Of a stretch of 38,714 nucleotides of DNA, positions 1-9,200 are shown piece by piece. The notes beneath the pieces were generated by a model. It saw only the letters and a list, made by a program, of their open reading frames with translations, was not told the origin of the DNA and did no database searches. How positions within the stretch are numbered: position 1 is the stretch's first letter; each line of letters starts with the position of its first letter. Source of the DNA: an uncultured bacterium (GTDB lineage Bacteria > Bacteroidota > Bacteroidia > Bacteroidales > Paludibacteraceae); the NCBI GenBank assembly GCA_946183755.1, contig CAMHCZ010000001.1, forward strand, positions 1 through 38,714. The letters run 5' to 3'. Position numbers and translations under genes: made by a program.

Positions 1-204
1 AAACTTTACTATTATACAATATAGATAATTTGGACGGCAAAGATAAATATTTTTTACTTCATAACAATGTTTCTATCAACTTTTTTGCAAAAATGCGAAC
101 ACGGCCGATTTTCACCACAGATATGCGACCCGTCGCAAGCCATTTAGTTTTCGCAAAACAACAGAAAAACACAACATGCACACATTAATATATATTATAT
201 ACAC

Positions 205-212
205 TAACTTTG
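205..212 (+). promoter_or_regulatory. Candidate Bacteroidota-type -7 promoter element upstream of the phosphatase gene
   Basis: TAACTTTG matches the TAnnTTTG -7 consensus described for Bacteroides promoters. It lies 32 bp upstream of the ATG at 244. No good -33 TTTG at the expected spacing. Confidence 0.3.
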
Positions 213-243
213 ACGGACTAAACAAACAAGCTATTCAACATTT

Positions 244-720
244 ATGACAAAAGTGCTTTTCGTATGCTTGGGCAACATCTGCCGCTCCCCTATGGCGGAA
301 TGTGTGTTCAACACCGTACTCGAACGAAACAACGCAGAGACGCTCTGCAAAGTGGATTCTGCCGGCATACTCTCATATCACCAAGGAGAACAACCAGACC
401 GCCGCATGAGAGAAATGGCGAAATCGCGCGGCTACACGCTTATTCACGAATCACGTCCTGTGAAGACTCAGGATTTCTTCGACTTCGACATAATAATAGG
501 AATGGACGAGTCCAACATCGAGGATCTGAAAGACCGCGCCCCATCTGTGGAAGCGATGGACAAGATACACAGAATCTCGGAATTCTTCTCGCCAAGAGCG
601 CCGTTCGACCACATCCCCGACCCATATTATGGCGGCACAGAAGGATTCAACACGACAGTGAATCTGCTGGAAGACGCTTGCGAGAATCTTTACGAATGGA
701 TAGCCAAAGGCAATAAATAA
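244..720 (+). CDS. Low-molecular-weight protein-tyrosine phosphatase (arsenate-reductase fold family)
   Basis: 158-aa ORF. N-terminal active-site loop VCLGNICRSP (C-X5-R-S). DPYYG motif near the C-terminus supplies the general-acid Asp. Size is typical of LMW-PTPs. Confidence 0.9.
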   Translation: MTKVLFVCLGNICRSPMAECVFNTVLERNNAETLCKVDSAGILSYHQGEQPDRRMREMAKSRGYTLIHESRPVKTQDFFDFDIIIGMDESNIEDLKDRAPSVEAMDKIHRISEFFSPRAPFDHIPDPYYGGTEGFNTTVNLLEDACENLYEWIAKGNK

Positions 721-749
721 ACAAAGGCGGATTTTTCATCCGCCTTTGT
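721..749. terminator. Hairpin between convergent genes, likely intrinsic terminator (stronger for the minus-strand dcw/rlu transcript)
   Basis: ACAAAGGCGGA / TTTTTCA loop / TCCGCCTTTGT gives a perfect 11-bp stem. On the minus strand it is followed by a T-rich run (TTTATTTATT). It lies between the stop at 720 (+) and the stop at 769 (-). Confidence 0.6.
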
Positions 750-768
750 CATATTCTGATGTACAGAA

Positions 769-1776
769 TCATCTTCTTTTCTTTTTGTCAAAAGAGCGTT
801 TGGTATCATTACCAGTCCGAGAGGCTCTTTTCTGCTCTCTTCGCTCTTCCTTCTGCCTCGACAACTCCTTCATGCGCTTCTCCTCATTGATAAGGAAAGC
901 GTTGAACTCCTTAGGCACAGGTGTCTCGAATCTGTGCTTCTCATGAGTTATAGGGTGGATGAACTCCAAAACCTTGGCATGGAGCGCAAGACGGTGGATT
1001 GGCGACGACGTCGCTCCGTACTTGGAGTCGCCGATTATCGGGCAGCCGATGTCCGACATGTGCACTCTGATCTGATTCTTGCGCCCCGTCTGCAAATTCA
1101 GTTTGAGAAGCGCATAATCGCCAGCCGTGCGCACAACACGATAATGTGTGACAGAGAGTTTTCCGTCGTTCTTTCCTCCTGAGTACATCACCTGCGCCCT
1201 GCTTTCGTGCAGATAGCTCTCTATCGTGTCCTCCTGCGGCTCAGGTATTCCCTCGGTTATTGCCATATAAGTGCGCTCGGTCACCATCTGTTTCCAGTTG
1301 TCTCTCATTATATGCTGAGCCTCGACAGTCTTGGCGAACATCATAACTCCCGATGTGGCCTTGTCTAAACGATGAACCGCATAGAGCTTGGCACCGACGT
1401 TCTTCTTCTCCAAGTACTGAAGAATGATGGAGAATGCCGACGGTCCTTCCTTGGTAGGCGAAGCAGAGACTGACAACAGTCCTTCCGACTTATCGACCAC
1501 AATGACGTAATCGTCCTCGTACAAAAGGCGCAGCCTTGTGTTCTTGAGTTCGTAAGAGACCTTGCCTGTGTTTATCTGCACCGCATCGCCCTTCTTGAGC
1601 TGCGAGTCAAACTTGGTCTCAATCTTGGAATTGACACAAACCTGACCATTGCGAAGAAGGCTCTTAAGCGACGTTCTTGACATTCCGGCAAAGTGACGAG
1701 CCAGAAAATCCATCAGCAAGGACGGTTCTCTCACAGTCAAATTCGTCTGTTTCTGTCGTTTACTTGGAGCTGGCAT
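769..1776 (-). CDS. RluA-family 23S rRNA pseudouridine synthase (RluD/RluC-like) with N-terminal S4 domain and a Lys/Arg-rich C-terminal tail
   Basis: 335-aa ORF. HRLDKATSGVMMFAK catalytic-Asp motif. N-terminal S4-like region (LMDFLARHFAGMSRTSLKSLLRNGQVCVN). GRKNQIRVH motif. Start lies 5 bp after the ftsZ stop. Confidence 0.85.
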   Translation of the reverse strand: MPAPSKRQKQTNLTVREPSLLMDFLARHFAGMSRTSLKSLLRNGQVCVNSKIETKFDSQLKKGDAVQINTGKVSYELKNTRLRLLYEDDYVIVVDKSEGLLSVSASPTKEGPSAFSIILQYLEKKNVGAKLYAVHRLDKATSGVMMFAKTVEAQHIMRDNWKQMVTERTYMAITEGIPEPQEDTIESYLHESRAQVMYSGGKNDGKLSVTHYRVVRTAGDYALLKLNLQTGRKNQIRVHMSDIGCPIIGDSKYGATSSPIHRLALHAKVLEFIHPITHEKHRFETPVPKEFNAFLINEEKRMKELSRQKEERREQKRASRTGNDTKRSFDKKKRR

Positions 1777-1781
1777 TATGA

Positions 1782-3107
1782 CTAGTGATTATCGTTTGTA
1801 TTTCTTGGAACATAAGGTTTAGACTCTATGTTCTGTCGGCGGTTGTATGCTGGCTCGTCCTCAAGATGCTTAACGACTTCCTCGTCATCGGTTCTTGAGA
1901 GCAGGTCGCTCACCTTCTCGTTCTGCTCCTGCACGATAGTCTTGGTAGAGCCGTAGTACTGCGCGAACTTTTCCTTCTCTTCCTCAGGTTTCAGATGCGT
2001 GTTAATCGGTTCTTCCTGCTGCACAGGCTCCGGACGCACTATCTGAGCAACCTGTTCGAAAAGGTTGCGCTGCACCTTCTGTGGCTCAGGATGCTTTGGC
2101 GCCTCCATCTTAAGGTCGTCAACGTTAAATCCAGTCGCGATCAGAGTTATCTTGACCTCGCCAGACTCCAGTGTGTCGTCGAATGTCAATCCCCATATCA
2201 CATCCACATTCTCGTTGCAAACGTCTTCCTCCATGAAGTCGTTGAGGTATGCGACCTCCTCCATCTTCACCTGCTGTTCATCGTTCTTAGTGTATATGAC
2301 AAACAGCACATGCTTTGCTCCATGAATGTCGCTATCCTTAAGCAATGGAGAGTTTATCGCGTCCTTGATGGCGGCCTGGAGACGCTGTTCGCCCTTGCCG
2401 TAGCCCGAGTTCATGATAGCCACTCCACCGTCAGTCATCGTCGTGCGGACATCCTGGAAGTCCACGTTGATATGTCCATGCACAGTTATTATCTCAGAAA
2501 TGCCCTTAACCGCGCTGAGCAACACGTCATCGGCCTTTGAGAATCCGTTTGAAATCTCAAGGTCGGAATGAATATCCCTCAGTCGCTCATTATTAATCAC
2601 AAGCATCGCATCCACGCAGTCCTTCATATTCTCCACACCCTGGAGAGCCTGCGAGATTTTGCGTCTGCCCTCGAACAAGAAAGGCACCGTGACTACGCCG
2701 ACTGTAAGAATATCACGATCCTTCGCCATCTTGGCTACTACAGGAGCGGCTCCAGTACCAGTTCCGCCGCCCATTCCGGCTGTGATGAAGACCATGCTTG
2801 TGTTAGGGCTTTCGAGCACGCCCTTTATTTCCTCCTCCGACTCCTTGGCTGCGGCATTAGCCTTTTCTGGCTTCGCACCAGCGCCAAGTCCCTTGCATGT
2901 CTCAGGACCCAGCAGGATTTTATTCTCGACAGCGACTTTGTCCAAAGCCTGTCTATCTGTATTCATAACGACGAAGTCGACTCCGGTGATACCTTTGTCT
3001 GCCATGTGAGCAACTGCGTTGCATCCACCGCCGCCCACACCGATAACCTTTATTATCGAAGACAATGCCGACGGGCCGTCAAATTTCACGATATTTTCCT
3101 CATCCAT
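1782..3107 (-). CDS. ftsZ: Cell division GTPase FtsZ
   Basis: 441 aa. IKVIGVGGGGCNAV and the tubulin signature GGGTGTGAAPVVA. C-terminal conserved peptide DEPAYNRRQ. Terminal position of the dcw order after ftsA. Confidence 0.97.
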   Translation of the reverse strand: MDEENIVKFDGPSALSSIIKVIGVGGGGCNAVAHMADKGITGVDFVVMNTDRQALDKVAVENKILLGPETCKGLGAGAKPEKANAAAKESEEEIKGVLESPNTSMVFITAGMGGGTGTGAAPVVAKMAKDRDILTVGVVTVPFLFEGRRKISQALQGVENMKDCVDAMLVINNERLRDIHSDLEISNGFSKADDVLLSAVKGISEIITVHGHINVDFQDVRTTMTDGGVAIMNSGYGKGEQRLQAAIKDAINSPLLKDSDIHGAKHVLFVIYTKNDEQQVKMEEVAYLNDFMEEDVCNENVDVIWGLTFDDTLESGEVKITLIATGFNVDDLKMEAPKHPEPQKVQRNLFEQVAQIVRPEPVQQEEPINTHLKPEEEKEKFAQYYGSTKTIVQEQNEKVSDLLSRTDDEEVVKHLEDEPAYNRRQNIESKPYVPRNTNDNH

Positions 3108-3152
3108 AATATTCTATGTTTAATTTGTTGTTATTTCAAGATAATATTTCAT

Positions 3153-4454
3153 TTACTCACCAAAGCCGTCCTCTGTGTCGTTAAAAAAGAGATTTCCAAC
3201 CTTACCGACCATACTGAAGATGCCCTTCCTGTTCTTTTTCTTCTTAGCGTGCGAATCATCCGGACGCACTGGAGTAGGAGGAATCACCTCGCCAGGAACG
3301 CCCTTGCTCACTGTGCAGTCTTCGCTCGCCCTGAGAACAAGACCATAAAGAACCGCATATTCCGGCCTTATGAAGTTCTCCGGAGTATCCTCTTTCAGCA
3401 CATTGCTCCAATCGGCGTACCGCGCTTCCATGCCGGACTTGAACTCAACAAACTCGCGCAGTCCGTTAAGCTTGGAGCCACCGCCGGTGAGCACAATTCC
3501 GTTGCTGATTTTCTGGTAGCATCCAGATTTGTCTATCTCGCCGCAGACCTGGTCCATAATCTCATCGACTCTGGCATCGATGCGCTTGTTTAGGTCGTAT
3601 GTGTCCAACTGGATAGACTCGTCGTCAGAATTGAGGTTTATGATCTGCGTCTTCTGGTCGCTGTGCACAGCTCCGTACTTAATCTTTATTCTCTCGGCCT
3701 GCATCTTAGTCAGTTTCAAAGCCGTCAAGTCATCTGTTATCGAGTTGGAGCCGAACGGTATCACGCCAACGTGTCTTACCTTGTTATCATAGAAAACCAC
3801 AACCGATGTCGTGGAATGACCGAAGTCAACAACGGCACAGCCTATCTCACGGTCCTTGGGAGATGTCGCGCAATACGCCATTTCCAAAGGCGACACAAAC
3901 AATCCAGCCGACTTGACCGACACTCTCGGAAGCGCGTCAGCCACCTTCATGTTCAAGCTCTGTGTGCCGTGTATGTTCAAGAATCTTGACACGATGTTCT
4001 TGCCCTCGTAGTCCAATGGCGTTTCGCAGTCCAAGCCATCAATCTTGAACTCAAGCTCCAGAGTCATGAACGACGAGAGGTTCTCGTCCATTATGTTTTT
4101 CTCAGCATCTTTCTTCATCTGGTCGATGAGTTCCCTGCTCAGCCTTGTGTTTTCAGGATATTCGAACGGCATTGTCAACACAGACGAAGTCATAGAAAAA
4201 CCGCCAAAGCCGGAATAAGCCTTGTCTATCTTGAGGTTAGTCATAGCCTTGTTATTCTCAACCACCTTCACCAAGTTAGACACCTGCAGGGCCGCGCTCG
4301 AAGGGTTCATTATCGAGCCTCGCAGCACGCCCTTGGAGGCGACCTCATCAATAGAAAGGATTTCAATCCTTCCGCTGGCATCTTTCTTAGCAAGAATAGA
4401 CCTGATTTTCGATGAGCCAAAATCTATGGCAAAATATAAATTACTGTCTGGCAT
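3153..4454 (-). CDS. ftsA: Cell division protein FtsA (actin-like ATPase)
   Basis: 433 aa. FAIDFGSSKIR, VVDFGHSTTSV and LTGGGSKLNGL motifs. C-terminal amphipathic tail (KGIFSMVGKVGNLFF). Located between ftsQ and ftsZ. Confidence 0.93.
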   Translation of the reverse strand: MPDSNLYFAIDFGSSKIRSILAKKDASGRIEILSIDEVASKGVLRGSIMNPSSAALQVSNLVKVVENNKAMTNLKIDKAYSGFGGFSMTSSVLTMPFEYPENTRLSRELIDQMKKDAEKNIMDENLSSFMTLELEFKIDGLDCETPLDYEGKNIVSRFLNIHGTQSLNMKVADALPRVSVKSAGLFVSPLEMAYCATSPKDREIGCAVVDFGHSTTSVVVFYDNKVRHVGVIPFGSNSITDDLTALKLTKMQAERIKIKYGAVHSDQKTQIINLNSDDESIQLDTYDLNKRIDARVDEIMDQVCGEIDKSGCYQKISNGIVLTGGGSKLNGLREFVEFKSGMEARYADWSNVLKEDTPENFIRPEYAVLYGLVLRASEDCTVSKGVPGEVIPPTPVRPDDSHAKKKKNRKGIFSMVGKVGNLFFNDTEDGFGE

Positions 4455-4478
4455 ATATAATTCTGTTTTTATTCTTCA

Positions 4479-5225
4479 CTATTTTTTCTTTGTGCAAATC
4501 ACTTGCTTCGCGAATTCCACGTTAACCGCAGAGTAGTCGCCCCAGCCGATTTTGCTCAGGCCTTTCACATAAAACGTCTTCAGCCTCTGCAGTTTCTCCT
4601 CGTATCCCTCCACTGTGCCGAAGACGATTTTGTGGTCGCCGAGCGTCGGTATTATCGTCAGCTTGTTGTCGTCGGAAATGACAATCTGCTGAATCTCAGC
4701 CGACCAGAACTCGTCGCGGCTCACGTACACCATAAAGTCCTTAAGCTCTGTGGTCACGAACTTTTTGTCGATGTGCCCTGTGACTATTGGGACGTAAGCA
4801 TTATAATTCTCAGACAACGGGAACATTTTTCCCTCATTGTCAACATAATAGCTGTTATCATCGAGGATTCTCATTACAGGCAGTCTCTGCCATATCTTGA
4901 CGCCCAAGTCGCCGCTTGGCAGATAATAGCACTCTGCTCTTCTGATTACGGAATCCTTCATCAGCAACACTTCGATGGCCTTTATGTCAATGTTTTTCTT
5001 CTTCTGACCAATCAGCTTTGGATACCTTTTCTTAATCAACGACACGACATCCGAATCGGAGACAAAACTCAGCTCGTTGGCGTCGGCTATCTCGACTTTT
5101 ATGTCGCGGCAAGTCTTGTCCTCATCCTTGCCCGAATTCGCTATAGCCACATAGACAAAGAAGCCGACCGCCACTACGACCAACACACATATTCCAATAT
5201 TTCTCCATTTAACACGTCGTGCCAT
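4479..5225 (-). CDS. ftsQ: Cell division protein FtsQ (single-pass, POTRA-containing)
   Basis: One N-terminal TM helix (IGICVLVVVAVGFFVYVAI) followed by a periplasmic domain. Position between murC and ftsA. The track ORF opens at a TTG at 5240. The first ATG (MARRVKW) is at 5225 and is used here, so the start is uncertain by 5 codons. Confidence 0.8.
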   Translation of the reverse strand: MARRVKWRNIGICVLVVVAVGFFVYVAIANSGKDEDKTCRDIKVEIADANELSFVSDSDVVSLIKKRYPKLIGQKKKNIDIKAIEVLLMKDSVIRRAECYYLPSGDLGVKIWQRLPVMRILDDNSYYVDNEGKMFPLSENYNAYVPIVTGHIDKKFVTTELKDFMVYVSRDEFWSAEIQQIVISDDNKLTIIPTLGDHKIVFGTVEGYEEKLQRLKTFYVKGLSKIGWGDYSAVNVEFAKQVICTKKK

Positions 5226-5236
5226 CACACTAAATA

Positions 5237-6649
5237 TCAATCGTTGTGTTTGTGCATAAACTCCACAATCTTAGGTATCTCCAAGTCAATATCGCCTGCG
5301 CCTAAGGTAAGAAGAATATCAAAGTCATGTTTCTCCAGCTCGCCGATAAGTTCCGCCTTCGTCACTGCGACCTTTTTCTTCGACGTCACTTTGTCAAGTA
5401 TGATAGACGACGTAACGCCAGGTATAGGCTTCTCTCTTGCCGGATATATGTCCAGCAGCACGACATCGTCAACTATCGACAGCGCCTCGGCGAAATCCTC
5501 TGCGAGGTCTCTTGTCCTCGTATATAAATGCGGCTGGAACACCGCACATATCTTCAAGTCAGGATAAAGGAAGCGAACAGAGTCGAGTGTCGCTTTTATC
5601 TCGGCTGGGTGATGGGCGTAATCGTCGATGTAGCGAGTCTCACGTCCGTCTTTAACGTTATGATAGTGAGTCTCGAATCTGCGCTTTGTGCCTCTGAAGG
5701 TGCTCATTCCCAGTCTTATCTCCTCATGACGAGCGCCACAGAGCAGTGCTACAGCGATGGCAGCCACAGCGTCCTCGACGTTAATCAATATCGGCACACC
5801 GAGGTCAATGTCCTTTATCACGCCATAAGGGGTAACCATATTGAATCGGATTGTTCCGTTCATTTTCCTTATGAAAGTCGCATAGAAATCCGGACGCTTG
5901 CCTCCCATGACAGGACGGCCGCTGTAGGAATAAACCTTGACGCCCTTCTTGACCTGCGGCTTCACCTTGACTGTCCTTTTGAGCAGCAATGCTCCGCCTT
6001 CCTTTATGAGCGAAGTGAACTTGGCAAAGCTCTCCCTCACGCTCTTGACATCGCCGTAGATGTCCAGATGGTCGGCATCGGCGGAAGTTATCACGGCAAT
6101 CTGAGGCTCAAGATTCAGGAACGACCTGTCATACTCATCAGCCTCGATGACCACACGGTCAGTCTTGTCGCTGAGCAGCAGGTTAGTGCCGAAGTTGAGC
6201 GATATGCCTCCGAGGAATGCGTTGCAGCCTTTGCTGGTCTGCTGCAGTATGTTGGCTATCATGTTGCAAGTCGTCGTCTTGCCATGAGTTCCAGCTACGC
6301 AAAGTCCCTTGTGCTCTCGTGTGATATTGCCAAGCAACTGCGCTCTTTTGAGCATCGTGAAGCCGTTATCCTTGAAATAACGGAACTCGGCATTCTCGGC
6401 AGGAATCGCTGGCGTGAACACAATCAGTGTCTCGTCGGACATCTTGAACTGCGACGGTATCTGGTCAACATCATCCTCATAATGTATCGCTATGCCCTCT
6501 GACTCCAGCTGCTTGCACAGTTCGCTGCGTGTCCTGTCGTAGCCAGCCACCTCGGCGCCTTTCGCATTATAGAAACGAGCCAACGCGCTCATGCCTATGC
6601 CGCCTATGCCAAGGAAGAAGTATCTCTTTTGCTTATTCTGGTCAGCCAT
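5237..6649 (-). CDS. murC: UDP-N-acetylmuramate--L-alanine ligase MurC
   Basis: 470 aa. N-terminal GIGGIGMSALA. Mur-ligase P-loop GTHGKTTT. dcw position. Confidence 0.95.
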   Translation of the reverse strand: MADQNKQKRYFFLGIGGIGMSALARFYNAKGAEVAGYDRTRSELCKQLESEGIAIHYEDDVDQIPSQFKMSDETLIVFTPAIPAENAEFRYFKDNGFTMLKRAQLLGNITREHKGLCVAGTHGKTTTCNMIANILQQTSKGCNAFLGGISLNFGTNLLLSDKTDRVVIEADEYDRSFLNLEPQIAVITSADADHLDIYGDVKSVRESFAKFTSLIKEGGALLLKRTVKVKPQVKKGVKVYSYSGRPVMGGKRPDFYATFIRKMNGTIRFNMVTPYGVIKDIDLGVPILINVEDAVAAIAVALLCGARHEEIRLGMSTFRGTKRRFETHYHNVKDGRETRYIDDYAHHPAEIKATLDSVRFLYPDLKICAVFQPHLYTRTRDLAEDFAEALSIVDDVVLLDIYPAREKPIPGVTSSIILDKVTSKKKVAVTKAELIGELEKHDFDILLTLGAGDIDLEIPKIVEFMHKHND

Positions 6650-6676
6650 TGCTTTATAATTGTCTTTTTTTGAGTT

Positions 6677-7783
6677 CTACTTTATAAGTTTTATCACCTC
6701 GTCAGCTATTCTGTTGGCAGAATCCTTCTCTGCCAATTTGCTGATATTCTCGCTCAGACTCTTGAGCTTAGCCTCGTCTCTGATGGTGAGCAAAGCTGTG
6801 TCCACAAGCTGCGCCACAGCGTCCTTGTCGTGTATCAGTATGGCTGCGTCCTTGGTGGATAGCGCAAGTGCGTTTTTCGTCTGGTGGTCCTCTGCCACAT
6901 TAGGCGATGGCACCAGTATCACAGGCTTGCCCAGCAGACACAGCTCGGATATTGAGCTGGCTCCCGCTCTCGACACCACGAGATCGGCCACGGTGTAGGC
7001 ATAATCCATTCTTGAAATAAAGTCAGTGACGACAACGCCTGAGTCCGCAGGCAGGTCCGAAGTTTTGGCTCTCATTTCGTCGATATATATCTTGCCTGTC
7101 TGCCACAGGACTTGCACATCCTGCTCAGCCGCAAGTTTTCTCACTCCAGCCAGCAAACTGTTGTTCACCGTTCTGGCGCCGAGGCTTCCGCCTATCACGA
7201 CAATAGTCTTTTTGCTTGGGTCGAAGCCGAATTCCTTGTAGGCGAGTTCCTTGTCCACTTGCGCGCAAAGGTTCTGTCGCACTGGGTTTCCAGTCTTTAT
7301 TATCTTATCAGCAGGGAAGAATCGCTCCATATTGTCATAAGCGACGCAAATCTTGCTGACCTTCTTAGCCAGCAGTTTGTTTGTCACGCCGGCATACGAA
7401 TTCTGCTCCTGGATGAGTGAAGGCACGTTCAGCGACGAAGCCGCCCAAAGCGCCGCACCGCTCGCATAGCCGCCGACTCCGACAGCCACGTCAGGCTTGA
7501 ACTCCTTGACTATGCTTCTCGCCATCAGCAGGCTCTTGAACAGGCGGAAAAGCACTTTGATGTTGGCGAGTTTGTTCGCTCTGTTGAAGCCTTGTATTGG
7601 CAGACCCTTAATCTTGTAGCCAGCCGCTGGCACTCTCTCCATCTCCATTCTGCCTTCAGCACCTACGAACAAGATTTCAGAATCAGGCATTTTCTCCTTC
7701 AACGCGTTGGCTATTGACACGGCTGGGAATATATGTCCGCCCGTGCCGCCTCCGCTGACAAGTATGTGGATATTCTTCTTCAT
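6677..7783 (-). CDS. murG: Undecaprenyl-PP-MurNAc-pentapeptide GlcNAc transferase MurG
   Basis: SGGGTGGHIFPA motif and GT28 architecture. The track ORF opens at GTG 7795. The ATG at 7783 (MKKNIHILVSGGGTGGH) is used here and leaves a 4-bp gap after the ftsW stop. Confidence 0.94.
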   Translation of the reverse strand: MKKNIHILVSGGGTGGHIFPAVSIANALKEKMPDSEILFVGAEGRMEMERVPAAGYKIKGLPIQGFNRANKLANIKVLFRLFKSLLMARSIVKEFKPDVAVGVGGYASGAALWAASSLNVPSLIQEQNSYAGVTNKLLAKKVSKICVAYDNMERFFPADKIIKTGNPVRQNLCAQVDKELAYKEFGFDPSKKTIVVIGGSLGARTVNNSLLAGVRKLAAEQDVQVLWQTGKIYIDEMRAKTSDLPADSGVVVTDFISRMDYAYTVADLVVSRAGASSISELCLLGKPVILVPSPNVAEDHQTKNALALSTKDAAILIHDKDAVAQLVDTALLTIRDEAKLKSLSENISKLAEKDSANRIADEVIKLIK

Positions 7784-7787
7784 ATTA

Positions 7788-9191
7788 TTAATCACTTAAT
7801 GTTATATTTTCTTTTTCTTCGTTATTATCCTCGTCAGAAGACTCTTCTGTCGCGATTTCTCCTTCAGTTATCGGCGAATCAACGGGTGTTTCCACAGTCT
7901 CCTCCGCGTCATCAGACACAGCCACAGCCGCTTTGTTCTGCTGCTTAGACAGCACCGCAAGTCTCTCGATAACGCCTATCGCAAAGAGCGTTATGAATAT
8001 GGATGTTCTACCACGCGAAATCAGTGGAAGCGGCTGACCTGTGACAGGTCCCAAGTGGACGGAAACTCCTGCGCTTATCAACGCCTGAATCGTGATAATT
8101 GTTCCCAGACCCAGCACAAGAAGCGATATGTATGGGTCTTTGGAGCGTTTGGCTATTATTCCGCACCGGAACAATAGAATCAGATACGCCAGCAGCACCA
8201 ACGAGCCTATGAATAATCCGTACTCCTCTATTATGATAGCGAAAACGAAGTCGGCGAATATCTGAGGCAGCACATCTCTTTCCTTGCTGTTGCCGGGACC
8301 GAGCCCCACCATGCCGCTTCGCGATATGGCAATCTGTGAATGAACAACCTGCGATGTATAGTCGTTGTACGTGTACTTCGTGTTCTCGTCCTCAAGCATG
8401 AAGCTTATGGTTCTGTTATACCATGTCTCGCCGCGTGAGAAGAGGTGGTCGCCTGTGTCATGACCGTGCTTCAACGCAAGGCTGAACGCTCCACCGAGCA
8501 CTACTGTCGCCACAACCATGAGCAACGCCGCCCTATTCCATATACCCGAAAGCCACAGCATCGACAGACACAACAGATATATGATGACGCCTGTGGACAT
8601 GTTGGCCATAGTGATAGGCAGCGTGACAGCCATCATCACCAAAAGGAAAAGCACGAATCTTGTGTTTCTCACGAACTTCTCGTCGTTCAGATCCTTGTCC
8701 AAATGCTTGGCTATGAACCTCATCACACGGCTTTCCTCTGCCGGCACTGTCAGGTAATATGCAACGCTCGCCACAAGAGCAAGCTTGGCTATCTCTGACG
8801 GCTGGAACGTAAAGCCGAGTATCTGCACCCATCTCGAAGCCGAGTTCAATGTAGAAACGTTGATTATGCTTGACATGAACCCAGGAATCATGCCCGGGAA
8901 TGTCATCGCAAGCAACAGGAACAGGGCAATGAACAAGAAGACGAACGTGCCTTTCTTTATCCACTTGAGCGGCAGCCTGTGATGAACGATTATCGCTATA
9001 ATCAGTCCAAGCACAAGCGCTATGGCATGTCCCACGACCTCTCCGTTGACATCACCTGTCTTATTAACAAGCTGACTCGTAGCACTATAAGCCACCATGA
9101 CTGAGAACGCGGATAATATCAGCGTCATCACCCAAAGTATTCTGTCGCCGTCGAAGAGGCGTTTCAAAAATGAAGTGCTACTTTCGCTCAT
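7788..9191 (-). CDS. ftsW: SEDS-family peptidoglycan polymerase FtsW, with an acidic C-terminal extension
   Basis: 467-aa polytopic membrane protein. GQPLPLISRGRTS corresponds to the conserved PLPFISYGGS region of SEDS proteins. Located between murD and murG. Confidence 0.9.
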   Translation of the reverse strand: MSESSTSFLKRLFDGDRILWVMTLILSAFSVMVAYSATSQLVNKTGDVNGEVVGHAIALVLGLIIAIIVHHRLPLKWIKKGTFVFLFIALFLLLAMTFPGMIPGFMSSIINVSTLNSASRWVQILGFTFQPSEIAKLALVASVAYYLTVPAEESRVMRFIAKHLDKDLNDEKFVRNTRFVLFLLVMMAVTLPITMANMSTGVIIYLLCLSMLWLSGIWNRAALLMVVATVVLGGAFSLALKHGHDTGDHLFSRGETWYNRTISFMLEDENTKYTYNDYTSQVVHSQIAISRSGMVGLGPGNSKERDVLPQIFADFVFAIIIEEYGLFIGSLVLLAYLILLFRCGIIAKRSKDPYISLLVLGLGTIITIQALISAGVSVHLGPVTGQPLPLISRGRTSIFITLFAIGVIERLAVLSKQQNKAAVAVSDDAEETVETPVDSPITEGEIATEESSDEDNNEEKENITLSD

Positions 9192-9200
9192 AACTTCGTA

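Noticed and set aside
82-93. 12-bp palindrome TTTTTGCAAAAA, and a minus-strand TATCTTTG at 38-45, in the leading 243-bp non-coding stretch.
   Set aside because: These are low-complexity AT-rich sequences of little information content. They probably belong to the promoter of an off-window minus-strand gene and cannot be interpreted without the flanking sequence.
264-716. 150-aa ORF in an alternative plus-strand frame inside the phosphatase gene.
   Set aside because: It is fully nested in the LMW-PTP CDS, which has the C-X5-R-S active site. The alternative translation is Arg/Pro/His-rich nonsense.
2568-3593. 341-aa plus-strand ORF opposite ftsZ/ftsA. Similar long antisense ORFs occur elsewhere: 4503-5567, 5528-6502, 11856-13013, 13319-14128, 19712-20746, 20879-22033, 22040-22624, 24255-25154, 25007-25810 and 29216-29881.
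   Set aside because: Each lies antisense to a gene with unmistakable conserved motifs. Their translations are Cys/His/Arg/Leu-rich with no recognisable motifs. They are the expected shadow ORFs when the sense strand avoids codons whose complements are stops (TTA, CTA, TCA). Several run straight across real gene boundaries.
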